Origin: Malacoraja senta | Taxonomy: Eukaryota | Reading direction: 5' to 3' | NCBI GenBank assembly: GCA_038087875.1 | Contig: CM075992.1 | Location: 808,001 to 872,000 of the forward strand | DNA length: 64,000 bases | Shown here: piece after piece, positions 1 through 12,423 of the stretch | Position numbering within the stretch: the stretch's first letter is position 1 | How the letters are laid out: each line of letters starts with the position of its first letter | Position numbers and translations under genes: made by a program | The notes under the pieces: generated by a model | What the model was told of the DNA's origin: nothing | Databases searched by the model: none | The model's input: only the letters and a program-made list of their open reading frames with translations

Positions 1-18
1 GTGTCTCTTTTACTGCAG

Positions 19-139
19 AGCCTGGTTCTGAAGAGGCATTCGAGTGAAGGCTACGTGTCAGACAAATCGTCATCAAACGAAGCCCTTGATGACACACATG
101 ACCAGCGTAGGATTAGTTCCGACAGCGGTGACGTGGCAT
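19..139 (+). CDS. GMIP: Penultimate coding exon of GEM-interacting protein-like RhoGAP (SLVLKRHSSEGYVSDKSSSNEALDD...)
   Basis: Acceptor tctcttttactgcag, donor T|gtaagt. Open 121-nt exon whose phase 1 matches the next exon at 1358. RHSSEGYxSDKSSSNE resembles fish GMIP as recalled. Confidence 0.7.
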
Positions 140-428
140 GTAAGTAACCTGGCCTGCAGTTTACACAGTTTAGTTTATTGTCACGTGTACCGAGGTACAG
201 TGAAAAGCTTTTGTTGCACGCTACCCAGTCAGCGGTAAGACAATACACATACTTGATTACAGTGATTGCAATGTGGGGACTAAAAACGTTGCAAGGTTAC
301 AAGCCGTTAATCCACCTCCTCTGCACGCACGAGGAGGGTGGCCGAGTGGCTGCAACTGGAATGGGGATGAATACCATGTAGAAATTCTGCTGGATGTGTA
401 GCGTTTAGTCACAGAGATGAGAACAGCA

Positions 429-725
429 GTACAGTGACGCAGCGGTAGAGTTGCTGCCTCACAGACAGACCTGGGTTCCATCCTGACTACAGGTGCTTGT
501 CTGTACGGAGTTTGTACGTTCTTCCCACGACTGCGTGGGTTCTCTCTGAGATCTTTGGTTTCCCCCCACACTCCAAAGACGTCCAGGTTTGTAGGTTAAC
601 TGGCTTGGCATAAATGTAAAAATTGTCCCCAGTGGGTGTAGGATGGGCGGGAATCATTGGTCGGTGGGGACTTGGTGGGCCGAAGGGCCAGTTTCCTTGC
701 TGTATCTCTAAACTAAACTTAAAGC
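429..725 (+). mobile_element. HE1-type tRNA-derived SINE
   Basis: Head cagtgacgcagcggtagagttgctgcc with B-box-like gggttccatcc, and tail tatctctaaactaaact. Many similar copies occur in the window. Confidence 0.75.
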
Positions 726-974
726 TAAACTAATGAGAAGGAAACCATACTCTGACATCAAAGACTAAGGGTATGCTGGAAAAAGGTCCTGGATTAGTAT
801 CTGAAGGATACCTTCAAATAAAGAATGTCTTTGGTTTATCCCCAATATCTGAAAACAATCATGTCCATAAGATTAGGCCATTTGGCCCATCAAGTCTGCT
901 CCACCATTCAATCATGGCTGATTAATTTTTTTCTCTCAACTCCATTCTCCTGCCTTCTTCCTCTAACCTCCAAC

Positions 975-1332
975 CAGCATAATCACGGACCAGTCTCACC
1001 CCTGTCACTCCCTCTTCTCCCCTCTACAAGAAGTACAGAAGTTTGAAAACGCACACCTCCAGATTCAGGGACAGTTTCTTCTAAGCTGTTATCAGGCAAC
1101 TGAATCTTCCGATCACCGACTAGAGAGTGGTCCTGACTTCCCATCTACCTCATTGGAGACTCTTGGACTATCTTTAATCGGACTTTACTTTGCACTAAAC
1201 TTTATTCCCTTTATCCTGTATCAGTACACTGTGGACGGCTAGATTGTAATCATGAAAAGTCTTTTCACTGATTGGATAGCAGGCAACAAAAGACTTTCCC
1301 TGTACCTCGCTACACGTGACAATAAACTAATC
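975..1332 (+). mobile_element. 3' fragment of a Rex1/Babar-like LINE
   Basis: Same sequence family as 48688-49212; ends in acacgtgacaataaactaa. Confidence 0.55.
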
Positions 1333-1357
1333 TGAGCTACCCGCCTTTGTGTTTCAG

Positions 1358-2340
1358 GTGTGGCGGATGATGCTCGATCTCTGGACGGCCAGGAATCGGA
1401 GTGTGACGGTGTTAGTGGTATTAGCGGCACAGACTCCTCGCCGCGATGTACCTTCAACCGGCAGCCGGGCAAGTACCAGCGCTACGGTCTGGCCAAGACC
1501 CGTGCGGTCATCCCCCGGCCGTCTGCTCTGCCCATCATCACGGCCAACATGCCGGCCACGGTGGAGTGCCCGGAGACGGTGGGGGTGGACATGGTGCCGG
1601 GCGGCACGGACACGGAGAGACAGCCGAGGGCCAAGACCAGCGGCTCCAGCCGCAGCTCCTCGCCGGACGGCAGCAACACCCTGCGGCGGACGGGCGTTAA
1701 ACACAAGCGGTTTGAGTTGGCGGTGGGCGCAGCACGGCTGGTGTCCAAGCTGCAGGAACGGCGGAGGGCGGAGAGCATCGACCCTGCCGTGGGGCCGGCA
1801 ACTCCTGACGGTGGGCAGAGCCTGCCGGGGGACCTCGAAACCGAGCGCACTGCAGCACCAAACCACAACCTGCAAGGGAACCCCGAAACCGAACGCACCG
1901 CGCCACCAAATCACCAAACACAGGGGAGCCTGGAAACAGAACGCTCCGTGGCACCAAATCATGGCCTGCAGGAAAACCTCGAAACAGAGCGCACCGCCCC
2001 GTCAAACCGCGGCTCACAGGGGAGTCTTGAAACAGAGCCGTCGCCACACATGTCTGCAGCAAGTGGGGCCGGAGAGCGGGCGGGGAGCCTGGAAACAGAG
2101 CGGCGGCAGGATTACCGCCAGGCGGCAGTGATGGGCGGCGTGGAGGCCGGGCCGGTGGCGGTGACGGGCGGCGTGGAGGCCGGGCAGGCGGAGGTGGACC
2201 ACACGGATGGAGATCTCAACACCAACCAGTCCAACAACGTCTCCAGCGAGCAGGGCAAGGAGCAGCGCGACGTGGAGAAGATGCTTCACATCCTGCGCCA
2301 GAGGCAAAGTCTGGAGAACAGGGAGGCCTTCTTTGTGTGA
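1358..2340 (+). CDS. GMIP: Last coding exon of GMIP-like RhoGAP; low-complexity C-terminal tail ending EAFFV
   Basis: Acceptor ctttgtgtttcag, GC-rich open frame to TGA at 2340. FNRQPGKYQR and SPDGSNTLRR..KRFELAVGAARLVSKL resemble human GMIP FSRQPVKYPR and SPEGSPLRR..KHFEITQETARLLSKL. The ...FV end resembles ARHGAP29/45. Confidence 0.7.
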
Positions 2341-2731
2341 GAGGCATGAGGCCGGGGTCACTGGCTAACCCTCTCTACCTGACCACTCAACGTTGAGCAG
2401 GGGGACTAGGCAGAAGCAACCCATGTACATGGATGTGCCAGGCAGATGCTCAACTCAAACAGAACAATTGTACATTATACAAACCTTCTATACAAAGAGA
2501 TTCAAGTATTCTGTCATGACACAGGTCCTTTATGACCTTTTTTTTATAATGGACCATTATCAATGCCATAAAGAATGCTAACCACTTTTTGGGGTTGATA
2601 TCCAATTAATTTGGGGCATTATTGTCGGGACCTCCACTCGCCCCGTGAAGGACAATGGGCAATGTGGACTGGGTAACCCCACAACTCTGTTGGAAAGATA
2701 ACATGACGAATTATTCAGACACATGAGCCAA

Positions 2732-2816
2732 AATAAAGAAAATTAGGCCATTCATTTCTGTACAGTATGTTCTCATTAATGCCGACATTGTTTTCTGAAG
2801 CTGTTTGAAGAATAAA
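2732..2816 (+). terminator. Candidate polyadenylation signals for GMIP (AATAAA at 2732 and 2811)
   Basis: Two AATAAA hexamers about 400-480 nt after the stop codon. Confidence 0.4.
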
Positions 2817-2880
2817 TATTGAGCTGGGGTACTGGGCAGGACCCCTTTTCTTCCTCTTTGAAATTCCATCATTAGTGGAA

Positions 2881-3370
2881 AGACACAAAATGCTGGAGTA
2901 ACTCAGCGGGACAGGCAGCATCTCTGGAGAGAAGGAATGGGTGACGTTTCGGGTCGAGACCCTTCTGCAGACAGAGTCAGGGGAAAGGGAATAGAGATAT
3001 GGAGGGGTAAGGTGTGAAAAGGACAGATCAAAGCAGACGGTGATTACTTGCTTGCGTGGGCCTAAGATCTGGAGAAAAAGGATGGGTAATGTTTCAGGTC
3101 GGCACCCTTCTTCAGACTGAAAGATACGTACTGTAGGAAGGAACTGCAGATGCTGGTTTAAACCGAAGATAGACGCAAAATGCTGGAGTAACTCAGTAGG
3201 ACAGGCAGCATCTCTGGAGAGAAGGAATGGGTGACGTTTCGGGTCGAGACCCATCTTCAGAACGTCACCCATTCCTTGTCCCAGAGATGCTGCCTGTCCC
3301 ACTGAGTTACACCAGCATTATGTGTCTATCTTCGGTTTAAACCCCAGCATCTGCAGTTCCTTCCTACACA
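2881..3370. mobile_element. Cluster of palindromic Penelope-derived non-autonomous elements
   Basis: Repeated gctggagtaactcagcgggacaggcagcatctctggagagaaggaatgggtgacgtttcgggtcgagaccc in both orientations. Confidence 0.6.
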
Positions 3371-3420
3371 TTAGGGGAGAGACCGTTCATTTCACAGATG
3401 ATCTCCAACTTGGCAGCATT

Positions 3421-3680
3421 AATGGTGGAATTCTCTGCCATCGAGGGCGGTGGAGGCCGGTTCTCTGGATACTTTCAAGAGAGAGCTAGATAGGGCTCTT
3501 CTTGTGTATGGCGTGCACAGCCTAAAGTTGTAGGACTAAAGATAGCGGAGTCAGGGGATATGGGGAGAAGGCAGGAAGGGGGTACTGATTGGGGATGATC
3601 AGCCATGATCACAGTGAATGGCGATGCTGGCTCAAAGGGCCGAATGCCCTACTCCTGCACCTATTGTCTATTGTCTATTA
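3421..3680 (+). mobile_element. CR1 LINE 3' end fragment interrupted by a piece of a short SINE
   Basis: Matches the 3' end of the CR1 at 54605-56200; tail ctattgtctattgtctatt. Confidence 0.7.
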
Positions 3681-4610
3681 AATCTCTTGAGTAGACATTG
3701 AACTCGCATGTTCTGATTCAGTGTGAGATCTGCGATCTGTGCCTTCACAGGGTGACTGTCACAAAAACCAACGCTCTCACAGGGAAGGGAGAGTGTCCTT
3801 TCCTACTCTGGGGTTGGTGCTGAAGTTTCTGTTGGAAAGGAATTGTGTAAGAACAATGGAAGGTCTTGGAGTGCTCCGTGAAAGAGAAGATCTAGATGGC
3901 TATTTATATTAAGTTGCTTCTCTGCATGTTACTAGAGTCTTATCTAGTAGTAATATAATGCCATTTGAAAGAACAGAATGTGTAGGAAAGAACTGCAGAT
4001 GCTGGTTTAAACCGAAGATAGACACACAAAGCTGGAGTAACTCAGCCGGACAGGCAGCATCGCTGGAATGGGTGACGTTTCGGGTCAAGACCCTTCTTCA
4101 GACTGAAGTAAATAAAAAATCTATTTGCTAGGCAAAGTGAACAGAAACCTGAGCAACTTCTCCCAGTAAAACTAGGGTAATTCCTACAGAAGCATTTTGT
4201 TGAAGTTAAATTATGTGCATTCAATCATTGTCAGTCATTTATAGCAGTATTGTCAGTAGGCTTGAGTGACAAATTACAAATTATTCTCATAACCTCACCC
4301 CACAATTAGTCTGAAGAAGTGTCACAACCCAAAACGTCACGTGTCCATGTTCTCCAGAGATGACGCTTGGCTTGCTGAGTTACTCCAGCACTTTGTCTCT
4401 TTTTTTGTAAACCAGCATCTGCAGTTCCTTGTGTTTACTGTGGTTTGCAGGGAAAGTTCATGCCAATTATCTGATTGTCCCGTTTGCATCGTCAGGATCC
4501 TTCTGGGAATCCTTTCAATAATTAATGACGGCTGGTACATTTAAACCTCAGGACAACTTGCAGGGGATTACAAGATCACTGGGTGTTTTACCGGCTTCCA
4601 GCTTCTGCCT

Positions 4611-4731
4611 CTTCTTCAGCCTAAAGTTGTAGGACAACTTTTTCTATTTGATCTTATTTGATTGTGCACGCCAGGTTGATTGCATTCGTTGAACCAGGGC
4701 GGACCACGTGAAGGTTGCAATCTCCCACCCC
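4611..4731 (-). mobile_element. Short SINE-like element with GAAGAA tail (second copy at 42984-43122)
   Basis: Reverse complement is near-identical to 42984-43122. Confidence 0.55.
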
Positions 4732-5179
4732 CCAGTTTTTGCTCTGCTGCCTTGAATAGAATTGACCTCAATAATCAGAAAGGGTGGAAATCAAACAGTC
4801 TGACCCTCTGGCAAAGTATCTTGACATAGTATGGAATAACCTTTAATTAGTTTCTATTTTTATCCACTGCCTTAATGCTCATGTATGACAGTAAGGTGTT
4901 TGGGTGTTTACCTGAAGGATGAGCTGATTTCTGTAAGGGTCGAGACCCATCTACAGACTGGAAGTCTCCAGAGATGCTGCCTGTCCCGCTGAGTTACTCC
5001 AGCATTTTGTGTCTATCTTTGGTGTAGACCAGCATCAGCAGTTCCTTCCCACACAGATCTCAGTCCTTGTCTGGGTTACTGCGACTGATCGGGTAACAGC
5101 CTTGTGTCTGGAATTCTGCACAACGTCCCCCTCTGCTGGTTGCTTCTCCAACAACTGCGTAACATCATCACCAAGGAGA

Positions 5180-5760
5180 AACGAGGAGCTGCAGATACTG
5201 GTTTACACAAAACGACACAGAGTGCTGGAGTAACTCAGCGGGACAGGCAGCATCTGTGGAGAACATGGATAGGTGACGTTTCACAGAGTGCTGGAGTAAC
5301 TCAGCGGGTCAGGCAGCATCTGTGGAGAACATGGATAGGTGACGTTTCACAGAGTGCTGGAGTAACTCAGCGGGTCAGGCAGCATCTGTGGAGAACATGG
5401 ATAGGTGACGTTTCACAGAGTGCTGGAGTAACTCAGCGGGTCAGGCAGCATCTGTGGAGCGAAGGAAATGGGCAACCTTTCGGGCCGAAACCCTGAAGGA
5501 AATAGGCAACGTTTCGGGCCGAAACCCGGAAGGGTTTCGGGCCGAAACGTTGCCTATTTCCTTCGCTCCATAGATGCTGCCGGAACATGGATAGGTGACG
5601 TTTCACAGAGTGCTGGAGTAACTCAGCGGGTCAGGCAGCATCTGTGGAGAACATGGATAGGTGACGTTTCACAGAGTGCTGGAGTAACTCAGCGGGTCAG
5701 GCAGCATCTGTGGAGAACATGGATAGGTGACTTATCAGTTCAGGACCCTTCTTCAGACTG
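5180..5760 (-). repeat. Tandem 66-bp array of the Penelope-derived unit with an internal palindromic insert
   Basis: Unit ttcacagagtgctggagtaactcagcgggtcaggcagcatctgtggagaacatggataggtgacgt repeated about six times around a cgggccgaaac palindromic block. Confidence 0.8.
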
Positions 5761-7054
5761 AGTCTGAAGTCCTGAACTAAAATTGACAGGCTGAAGTGGA
5801 GTGGAGAGCCAGCAAGATTGAATCCTTGTTGATCTATTCAAGAGTCCTTTATTGTCATATTGTCCCAGATAGAACAATGAAATACTTACTTGCAGCAGCA
5901 GAATATGTGCTGTGCTATTGTAGTGGGTTCAGGTTCTTGCTGAGGTAGGAGTTGATATGCGCCATAACCAACCTCTCATCACCACGGATGTTAGTAGTCA
6001 TTGAGGCACGTCACCTTACTCTTCCTACTCGCTCAGAACTCGTTCTGTCCTACTAAGTTTAAAGGCGATGTGTGGAGCAAGGTTTAGTTTAGTTTAGTTT
6101 ATTGTCACGGCTACAGTGAAAAGCTTTTGTCATGCGCTATCCAGTCAGCAGAAAGACAATACTTGATTACAATCGGACCATTCACAGTGTACAGATACAT
6201 GATAAGGGAATAACGTTTAGTGCAAGGTAAAGCCAGCAAAGTCCGATCAAGGATAGTCCGAGGGTCACCAATGAGTTGTCCAGCACTGCCCTCTGGTTGT
6301 GGTAGGATTCTTAAGCAGAGTGTGGTGGGGCTGTGGAACACACTGCCAGGGTTGGAGGTGGAGCCAGAGATAATAGCAGCGTTTAAGAGACTTCTGGATA
6401 GGCACATGGATATACAGGGAATGGAGGAACATGCATTATGTGCAGGCAGATAGGAGATGGTCTCGGCATCATGTTCAACAGAGATATAGTGGGCCGAAGG
6501 GCCTGTTCCGGTGCTGTACTGTTCTATGCTCCATGAGAAGTGGGGGCAGGGGTACGACGGTGAGGACAGTGCTGGGAACAGACTCCTCAATCCATGGGTG
6601 AGATGGGAGAGGGACACAGGCACCTCGGTAAGGATGCCGGCCAAGCCTGGCTCGCTGGCTGCGGAGCTAGGAGCTCGCCCGGCACCTGTTCACCTCGTGG
6701 AGGGGTGTCAGAGTTGGACAGAGGGCTGGTCAGCAGACCAGCTGCGGGAGGCAGTACAATGCCTCAATGGTGGAGTGGGCCGCTGGGGGCCTTCAGCAGC
6801 CTGGGGCTTGGCTGGAACGTGCGCTGTTCCAAGACTCCAGCACGCGGACAAGACGGGACCTGCAACAGCACGGAGCAGCGGTGGACGTCTCCACAACTAC
6901 GCTTGGCCAGCTTGACCCAGCAATGCCGCCAGGTCAACGGGTCTTCATGGTCTAGTTAAGAACTCTGCACTTACAACAACTGGGACTTGAAAATAACGCC
7001 AAATTTGGCAACACTACATACTGGCTCAGTGTAGTACTACTATACACTCGGATA

Positions 7055-7372
7055 TTTAGACTTTAGAGATACAGTGTTGAAACAGGCCCTTCGGCCCACC
7101 AGGTCCGCGCCAACCAGCGATCCCCCCCCCCCCCCCCCCCCCCCCACATTGGCACTATCCTACACACACTAGGGACAATTTACAATTTTTACCGAAGCAA
7201 ATTAACCTACAAACCTGTACATCTTTGGAATGTGGGAGGAAATCGGAGCACCCAGAGAAAACCCACGCAGTCACAGGGAGAACGTACAAACTCCATACAC
7301 ACAGCACCCGTAATCAGGATTAAACACGGGTCTCTGGTGCTATAAGGCAGTAACTATATCGCTGCACAGCCA
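7055..7372 (-). mobile_element. HE1-type SINE with internal poly-C tract
   Basis: Reverse complement of the SINE consensus seen at 429-725. Confidence 0.7.
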
Positions 7373-7429
7373 TTACTATGTCTTAGATGCTTATCTAAGA
7401 TGTATCTCAGTGCTTATGCATGATGACAC

Positions 7430-7629
7430 NNNNNNNNNNNNNNNNNNNNNNNNNNNNNNNNNNNNNNNNNNNNNNNNNNNNNNNNNNNNNNNNNNNNNNN
7501 NNNNNNNNNNNNNNNNNNNNNNNNNNNNNNNNNNNNNNNNNNNNNNNNNNNNNNNNNNNNNNNNNNNNNNNNNNNNNNNNNNNNNNNNNNNNNNNNNNNN
7601 NNNNNNNNNNNNNNNNNNNNNNNNNNNNN
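7430..7629. other. Assembly gap (200 N)
   Basis: Run of 200 N. Confidence 0.99.
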
Positions 7630-7996
7630 CCCCATTCATCCTGTACTGATCCTCCCATTCAAGAAGAATGGGGAGAACAGTTTGAAGAAGGGTCTCGACC
7701 CAAAACGTTGCCTATTTCCTTCGCTCCATAGATGCTGCCTCATTCGCTGAGTTTCTCCAGCAATTTTGTCTACCCCCATCCATCCCGTACTGAACCCCCC
7801 CCATTCAACACCACTGACATCCCCGGTGCTCTCCCCTCACAATTTTACCTACTCCAACCAACACGTACTAATTCACCTGCCTCAATCCATCTATTCTGCA
7901 CCGACTGCCTTCTAATCCCCCACCCCCGCCATCTATCCACCCCGCACTGATACACACACACACCCCTCCCTGACCCTATTGTGCTGGAACTGTCTT

Positions 7997-8661
7997 CAGG
8001 GCGAACATTGACTATGTTCGATAACGGAATGTAATCAAATGTGTTTTAATTCCCAATGTTCTTATTTGTTTTAATCCATAAAGATGGATTAATTAAATTG
8101 TGAACACGTGAAACATTAAAACCGCAGTGTTCGATTGTCACTGCTGCCGTTGACACGTTATTACAGAATTCATTTTAACGGCAAATCAATGCTCTTAATA
8201 TGGAGTATCAGTACTGTAGTTATTTAATGAGCAACAATCATAACTATACGTACGAATATATGTTACCATGGTCCAGGATTTATTGACACAGGTTGATCAT
8301 ACGCTGAATAATCCAACCACATTTTTGTTTGGAAGTGGAAAGAACTAATAGAAATCGCATTAATTGCAATGTGTAAAAAGAGTTGAGATACTGTCTTATA
8401 ATTTTGCTGCATGTCATTGTGGGATATATCATGTCTTGATTGGTGAATGTTTAGTTTGTGACTTTATTTGAAGCAGAAATAATATGTGAATGCTTCATTG
8501 AGTATAATTCCGTCTGGTAACTACGCACTTCGTCAGAGCACATTATCGCACGCGTCATGCAAGCCATCTTAAATGACCACCCAAACTGTCATTTGGCAAC
8601 CTAAAAAGCTGCCAAGGTTGCCCGGCTGGCAACAGGGGAAAAAAGTTAAGCGAGAGCCCTG
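7997..8661. mobile_element. Possible hAT-like non-autonomous DNA transposon remnant
   Basis: Begins caggg and ends gagagccctg (hAT-like CAGGG termini); AT-rich interior with no ORF. Confidence 0.3.
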
Positions 8662-9187
8662 CTCTGCCATTAAATCATGGCTGAACTGCCCCCTTTCCTC
8701 CCCATAACCTTCGGCACCCTTACCAATCAAGAACTTTTAACTGCCTGCACCCAATCCAGATCACTCCACATCCATCCGCCTATCCAAGTCTCTGCTTCTA
8801 CCAATCCTGCCAGCGCATTCCATGCAGTCTCAACCCTCTGTAAAGAAAACCTTGCCATTCACATCTCCTTTGTTTCTTTCGCCTTGAAGCTGTGCCCTCT
8901 GGTTTTGACCTTGAGTGTTGTCAGTGTGGTGTTTGCACGTTCTCCCTGACCACGTGGGTTTCCTCTGGGTGCGCCACATCTCAAAATGTGTGGGTTTGTA
9001 GACTAATTGCCCTCTGTAAATGGTGTGGGGTGTGGGTGGGAAAATGTGATGGCGTAGAACTACTGTTCATGTGGACTCAGTGGTGGAACCACCCGCTTCC
9101 CTGCTGAATCTCTCAATCAACAGTTGTGTTGACGCCAGGCCTTTTGCATGCGGTCCTAACCGAGTAACCTTTGTTGTTTTTCCGCAG

Positions 9188-9272
9188 TTACGTGATGCGT
9201 CTGAAGGAGTACGAGAGAGAGAGACGTTTGCTGACGAGGAAGAAGCTGATGGAACAGAGGCAGGCAGCCTAG
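9188..9272 (+). CDS. NDUFB7: Last exon of NADH:ubiquinone oxidoreductase subunit B7 ((D)YVMRLKEYERERRLLTRKKLMEQRQAA*)
   Basis: Acceptor ttgttgtttttccgcag. Peptide matches human [21 protein letters not shown]. Tail-to-tail with TECR as in human. Not called as such in the ORF track. Confidence 0.9.
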
Positions 9273-9444
9273 GAAGCACATCCGTCCCAGAACATCCCGT
9301 CTGCAGTAGAGAGGGGTGATATTCTTGTACATAATTCTCTGTAATCAGTAAAAATGTTCTAAACCTAGCATGGTCACACCTCGTTCTTCTATTTCCCACG
9401 TACATAATTATTGCATCGCAGGAAGCAAACTGCTTTTATTTAAG

Positions 9445-9660
9445 GTAGACAAAAGTGCTGGAGAAACTCAGCGAAGGAAATAGGCAACGTTTCGGGCCGA
9501 AACCCTTCTGGAAATAGGCAACGTTTCGGGCCGAAACCCTTCCGGGTTTCGGCCCGAAACGTTGCCTATTTCCTTCGCTCCATAGATGCTGCTGCACCCG
9601 CTGAGGTTCGCCAGCACTTTTGTCTACCTTCGATTTTCCAGCATCTGCAGTTCCTTCTTA
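9445..9660. mobile_element. Palindromic Penelope-derived element
   Basis: gaaacgttgcctatttccttcg arms present in inverted orientation. Confidence 0.6.
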
Positions 9661-9803
9661 AACTGCTTTTATTTAAAAAAGGTATTGTCAAGAGTCTCAT
9701 GAAACAGGCAGAGAAACCTGGCCGTGGATGTTAGTCGCAAAAGACATTTCAGAATTAATTTTAAAAAGACTCACAGCAAGAAACCCACAATAGACAAGTG
9801 AAG

Positions 9804-9809
9804 TTTATT
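9804..9809 (-). terminator. Candidate TECR polyadenylation signal (about 2.1-kb 3'UTR)
   Basis: AATAAA on the minus strand in an AT-rich context downstream of the TECR stop. Confidence 0.4.
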
Positions 9810-11909
9810 GTTTACAAAGAAACAGAATTATTGATGACAGTGCAGTTTGAAGGAATTTGTTCCTCATTAATCCTCATTACTCAGGCAACTCAATAAATGG
9901 TCAAAATCTAAAATTGTCTTTTGTAAGCCCAATTTCCCCCAGTAACCTGTGAATACAATTATTAACAAGACAACTATAACATTCAGCAGTGATCAGGAGG
10001 AGTAACGGAAACCTCGCAACGCATTGCAATTAAACACACACACAGCAGCTAGTCACACCATCAGAACTAATAAGACTTTAAATTATGAGAAGCAGCAATT
10101 TAGTCAGAGTGCAAGAACCAAAAGACTAATTTCTCATGGGGCCTCAGTTAAACTAAGCCAGGAAAGTTCCCTAGTAACAATATTCTGTTTCTCTCCCCAT
10201 CTCTGCCCACTAATCAGTGCAAATGTTTTTTCTTAGCAGGATGTGGTGCCTGCCAATATTCAGTGCTGGGACTTCCTTTGGTCGTTTTGTTCAGTAGCTC
10301 CAGTACGAGGGGCTGAAACTGCTCCTCACTGATTTATCAGAAGAAATGAAAGTCTGGGGTAGAGAAGCACTGGGCTGGGGGGGGGAGGGAGGTGTCTACC
10401 AATGACCAGGAGCTGGAACACCGTCTGATGGGATAGAACTGTTCACATCCCTGTAACTAAACCTGTAGCAAACCCCCAGCAGACAGCTCACCTCCACCCA
10501 GACACCTCAAATGATCCAGGGAGACGGCACATTGTCTGGACCACAGACCTCTGGCCCATTCGAAGGTCCCAGGTACAGCGTGGGTTAGACACCTCCCCAT
10601 CAGGTCCACGCTGACGTGATTGGGAGGGGTGGTGTTTCCATTCCAGCTCCTGTTCTCTTCCTGCATCTCAGGAGCCAGAGTCAGGACAGCTAGGGCTGGC
10701 AATGCCAGGTTTGCCCACTACAGGCCAGCTTGGGGTGCTGAAGGGGGTGCCATCCTTAGAAAGGAAGTCAGTGATGCCATCTCCTAGCCACTAACAATAG
10801 GCAAGTCTTGGACCCACAAAGGTGGCAAATATTGCCCAGATCTCCCACTGATGTACGTTTAGTTTAGAAGTACAGCATGGAAACAGGCCATTAGACCACT
10901 GAGATCACACTTTCTCATCAGCTCTGTACACACTGGGGCCAATTAATCTACAAACCCATGTGTCTGGGATGTGGGAGAAAACCTGAGCACCTGGAGGTAA
11001 CCTACACCAACACAAAGAGAACGTGCAAACTCCACCCAGCCAGCACCCAGAGTCAGGATTGAACCTGGCATTGCCTATATTTGGCTTCAGGAATGGGGTT
11101 ATTTCCACAACTCGCGGGTCTCCTAAGCCAAAGGAAATACTCACCACAGCAATGATGAATGCGATCAGGTCGAGGCAGCTGTGGCTCAAACCAATGAACA
11201 AACGAGACCGTTGCACGGTGGAGAAGGTGAGGGGGCCACCCGGCCTGGACTACAAGCTATCTTGAAGACAGATATTGCTCCATTTTATTCTCAGTTGGAG
11301 TGGTACAGTGGGTTAGTTATTGGGGACTGTGGAGAGAGGGAGTCCAAGACTCCTTGTTAGTCTCCAGTCTACTGCAAGCACAATGGCCTCAGCGTCTGTT
11401 TAACAGCAGAAGCAAAAGCACTGAGCTTTGCCCCCAGTCTCCCCAGCCTGGTCAAGCACTACACACACACCAGCTGCCCAGAGGAGAGGGGGGGAAAGGG
11501 AATCAGCACAAATCTGGGCAAAGTGAGCTGCAACATTTGCACTGGTATCCACTGGTTGCAATGGTACTGGGAAGTGGGAATCCTGCACTCTAAGATCAAG
11601 GAGATCCTGGGTGATAATTATGAAACATGTTGAAGATCTTTGAGCATCCAAACAGGACTGGTGGGTTTAAGACTCTGAACGGCTGCCTCTCTCAGCCCCT
11701 GCAGACTGCATGCAAGAGCAGGACAGCCGCAGTGGTTGCTCATTCACAAGGCCGGGAGGTCAGCATACGACAGCCAGGCTTCACCACTCTGGGGAAACTT
11801 GTGATGGGTTGCAGAAGGGACAGGCAGAAAGATAGAGATGAGGAGGGGTTTGAGTTTGGGGGGCCCACAGAAAGGCCCCTCTCCCGCCCAGACTCACAGA
11901 GGCCAGCTT

Positions 11910-12037
11910 CTACAAGATGAAGGGGACGATCGGCGTGCGGAGAGGCGGGTAGTCGCGGAAGTCCTTCAGGTAGCTGCGGTGCTTGCTGTTTGCCCAGATC
12001 GCCATCTGGGTGAACCCAACCAACGTGAACATTGCAA
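11910..12037 (-). CDS. TECR: TECR exon 13 (last; VAMFTLVGFTQMAIWANSKHRSYLKDFRDYPPLRTPIVPFIL*)
   Basis: Acceptor ttgcag, TAG at 11912-11910; matches the human TECR C-terminus. Confidence 0.95.
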
Positions 12038-12125
12038 CTGCAAGAGAGGAAATTTAACCTGTTAGAGACACAGCCTGAGCATCCCCTGCCAGCCCAGGCT
12101 GTCTGAAGCCGCAGCCTCAGAGAAC

Positions 12126-12423
12126 GGCACTGACGCAGCAGTAGAGCTACTGCCTTGCAGCACCAGAGAGCCCATCTCCATCCCAACCACCTGTGCTTTT
12201 CTCCAGGGATATGTGACTTTCTCACCGTGACTGCATGGGTTTTCTCCAAGTTCTTCGGTTTCCTCCCACACTCCAAAGACGTACAGGTTTGCAAGTCAAT
12301 TGGCTTGGTATAAATGTAAAATTGTCCCTAGTGTGTGTAGAGTAGTGTTAATGAGTGGGGATCGCTGGTCGATACGGACTCAGTAGGCTGAAGGACCCGT
12401 TTTCTTGCTGTATCTAAACTAAA
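12126..12423 (+). mobile_element. HE1-type SINE
   Basis: tRNA-like head and taaactaaa tail. Confidence 0.7.

Noticed and set aside
429..500. tRNA-like heads with A/B boxes here and in many other copies
   Set aside because: Each continues into a SINE body and tail; no complete cloverleaf.
1349..2361. Overlapping alternative-frame and antisense ORFs
   Set aside because: Shadows of the GC-rich GMIP-like exon; only the 1360 frame fits splice phase and homology.
5180..5760. Regularly repeated units resembling a CRISPR array
   Set aside because: Head-to-tail identical units with no unique spacers, eukaryotic context, no cas genes.
7391..7731. ORFs containing long X runs
   Set aside because: Artefacts of the N gap.
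9071..9319. Acidic 82-aa ORF in the ORF track
   Set aside because: Wrong frame; the real coding sequence is the NDUFB7 exon at 9188-9272.
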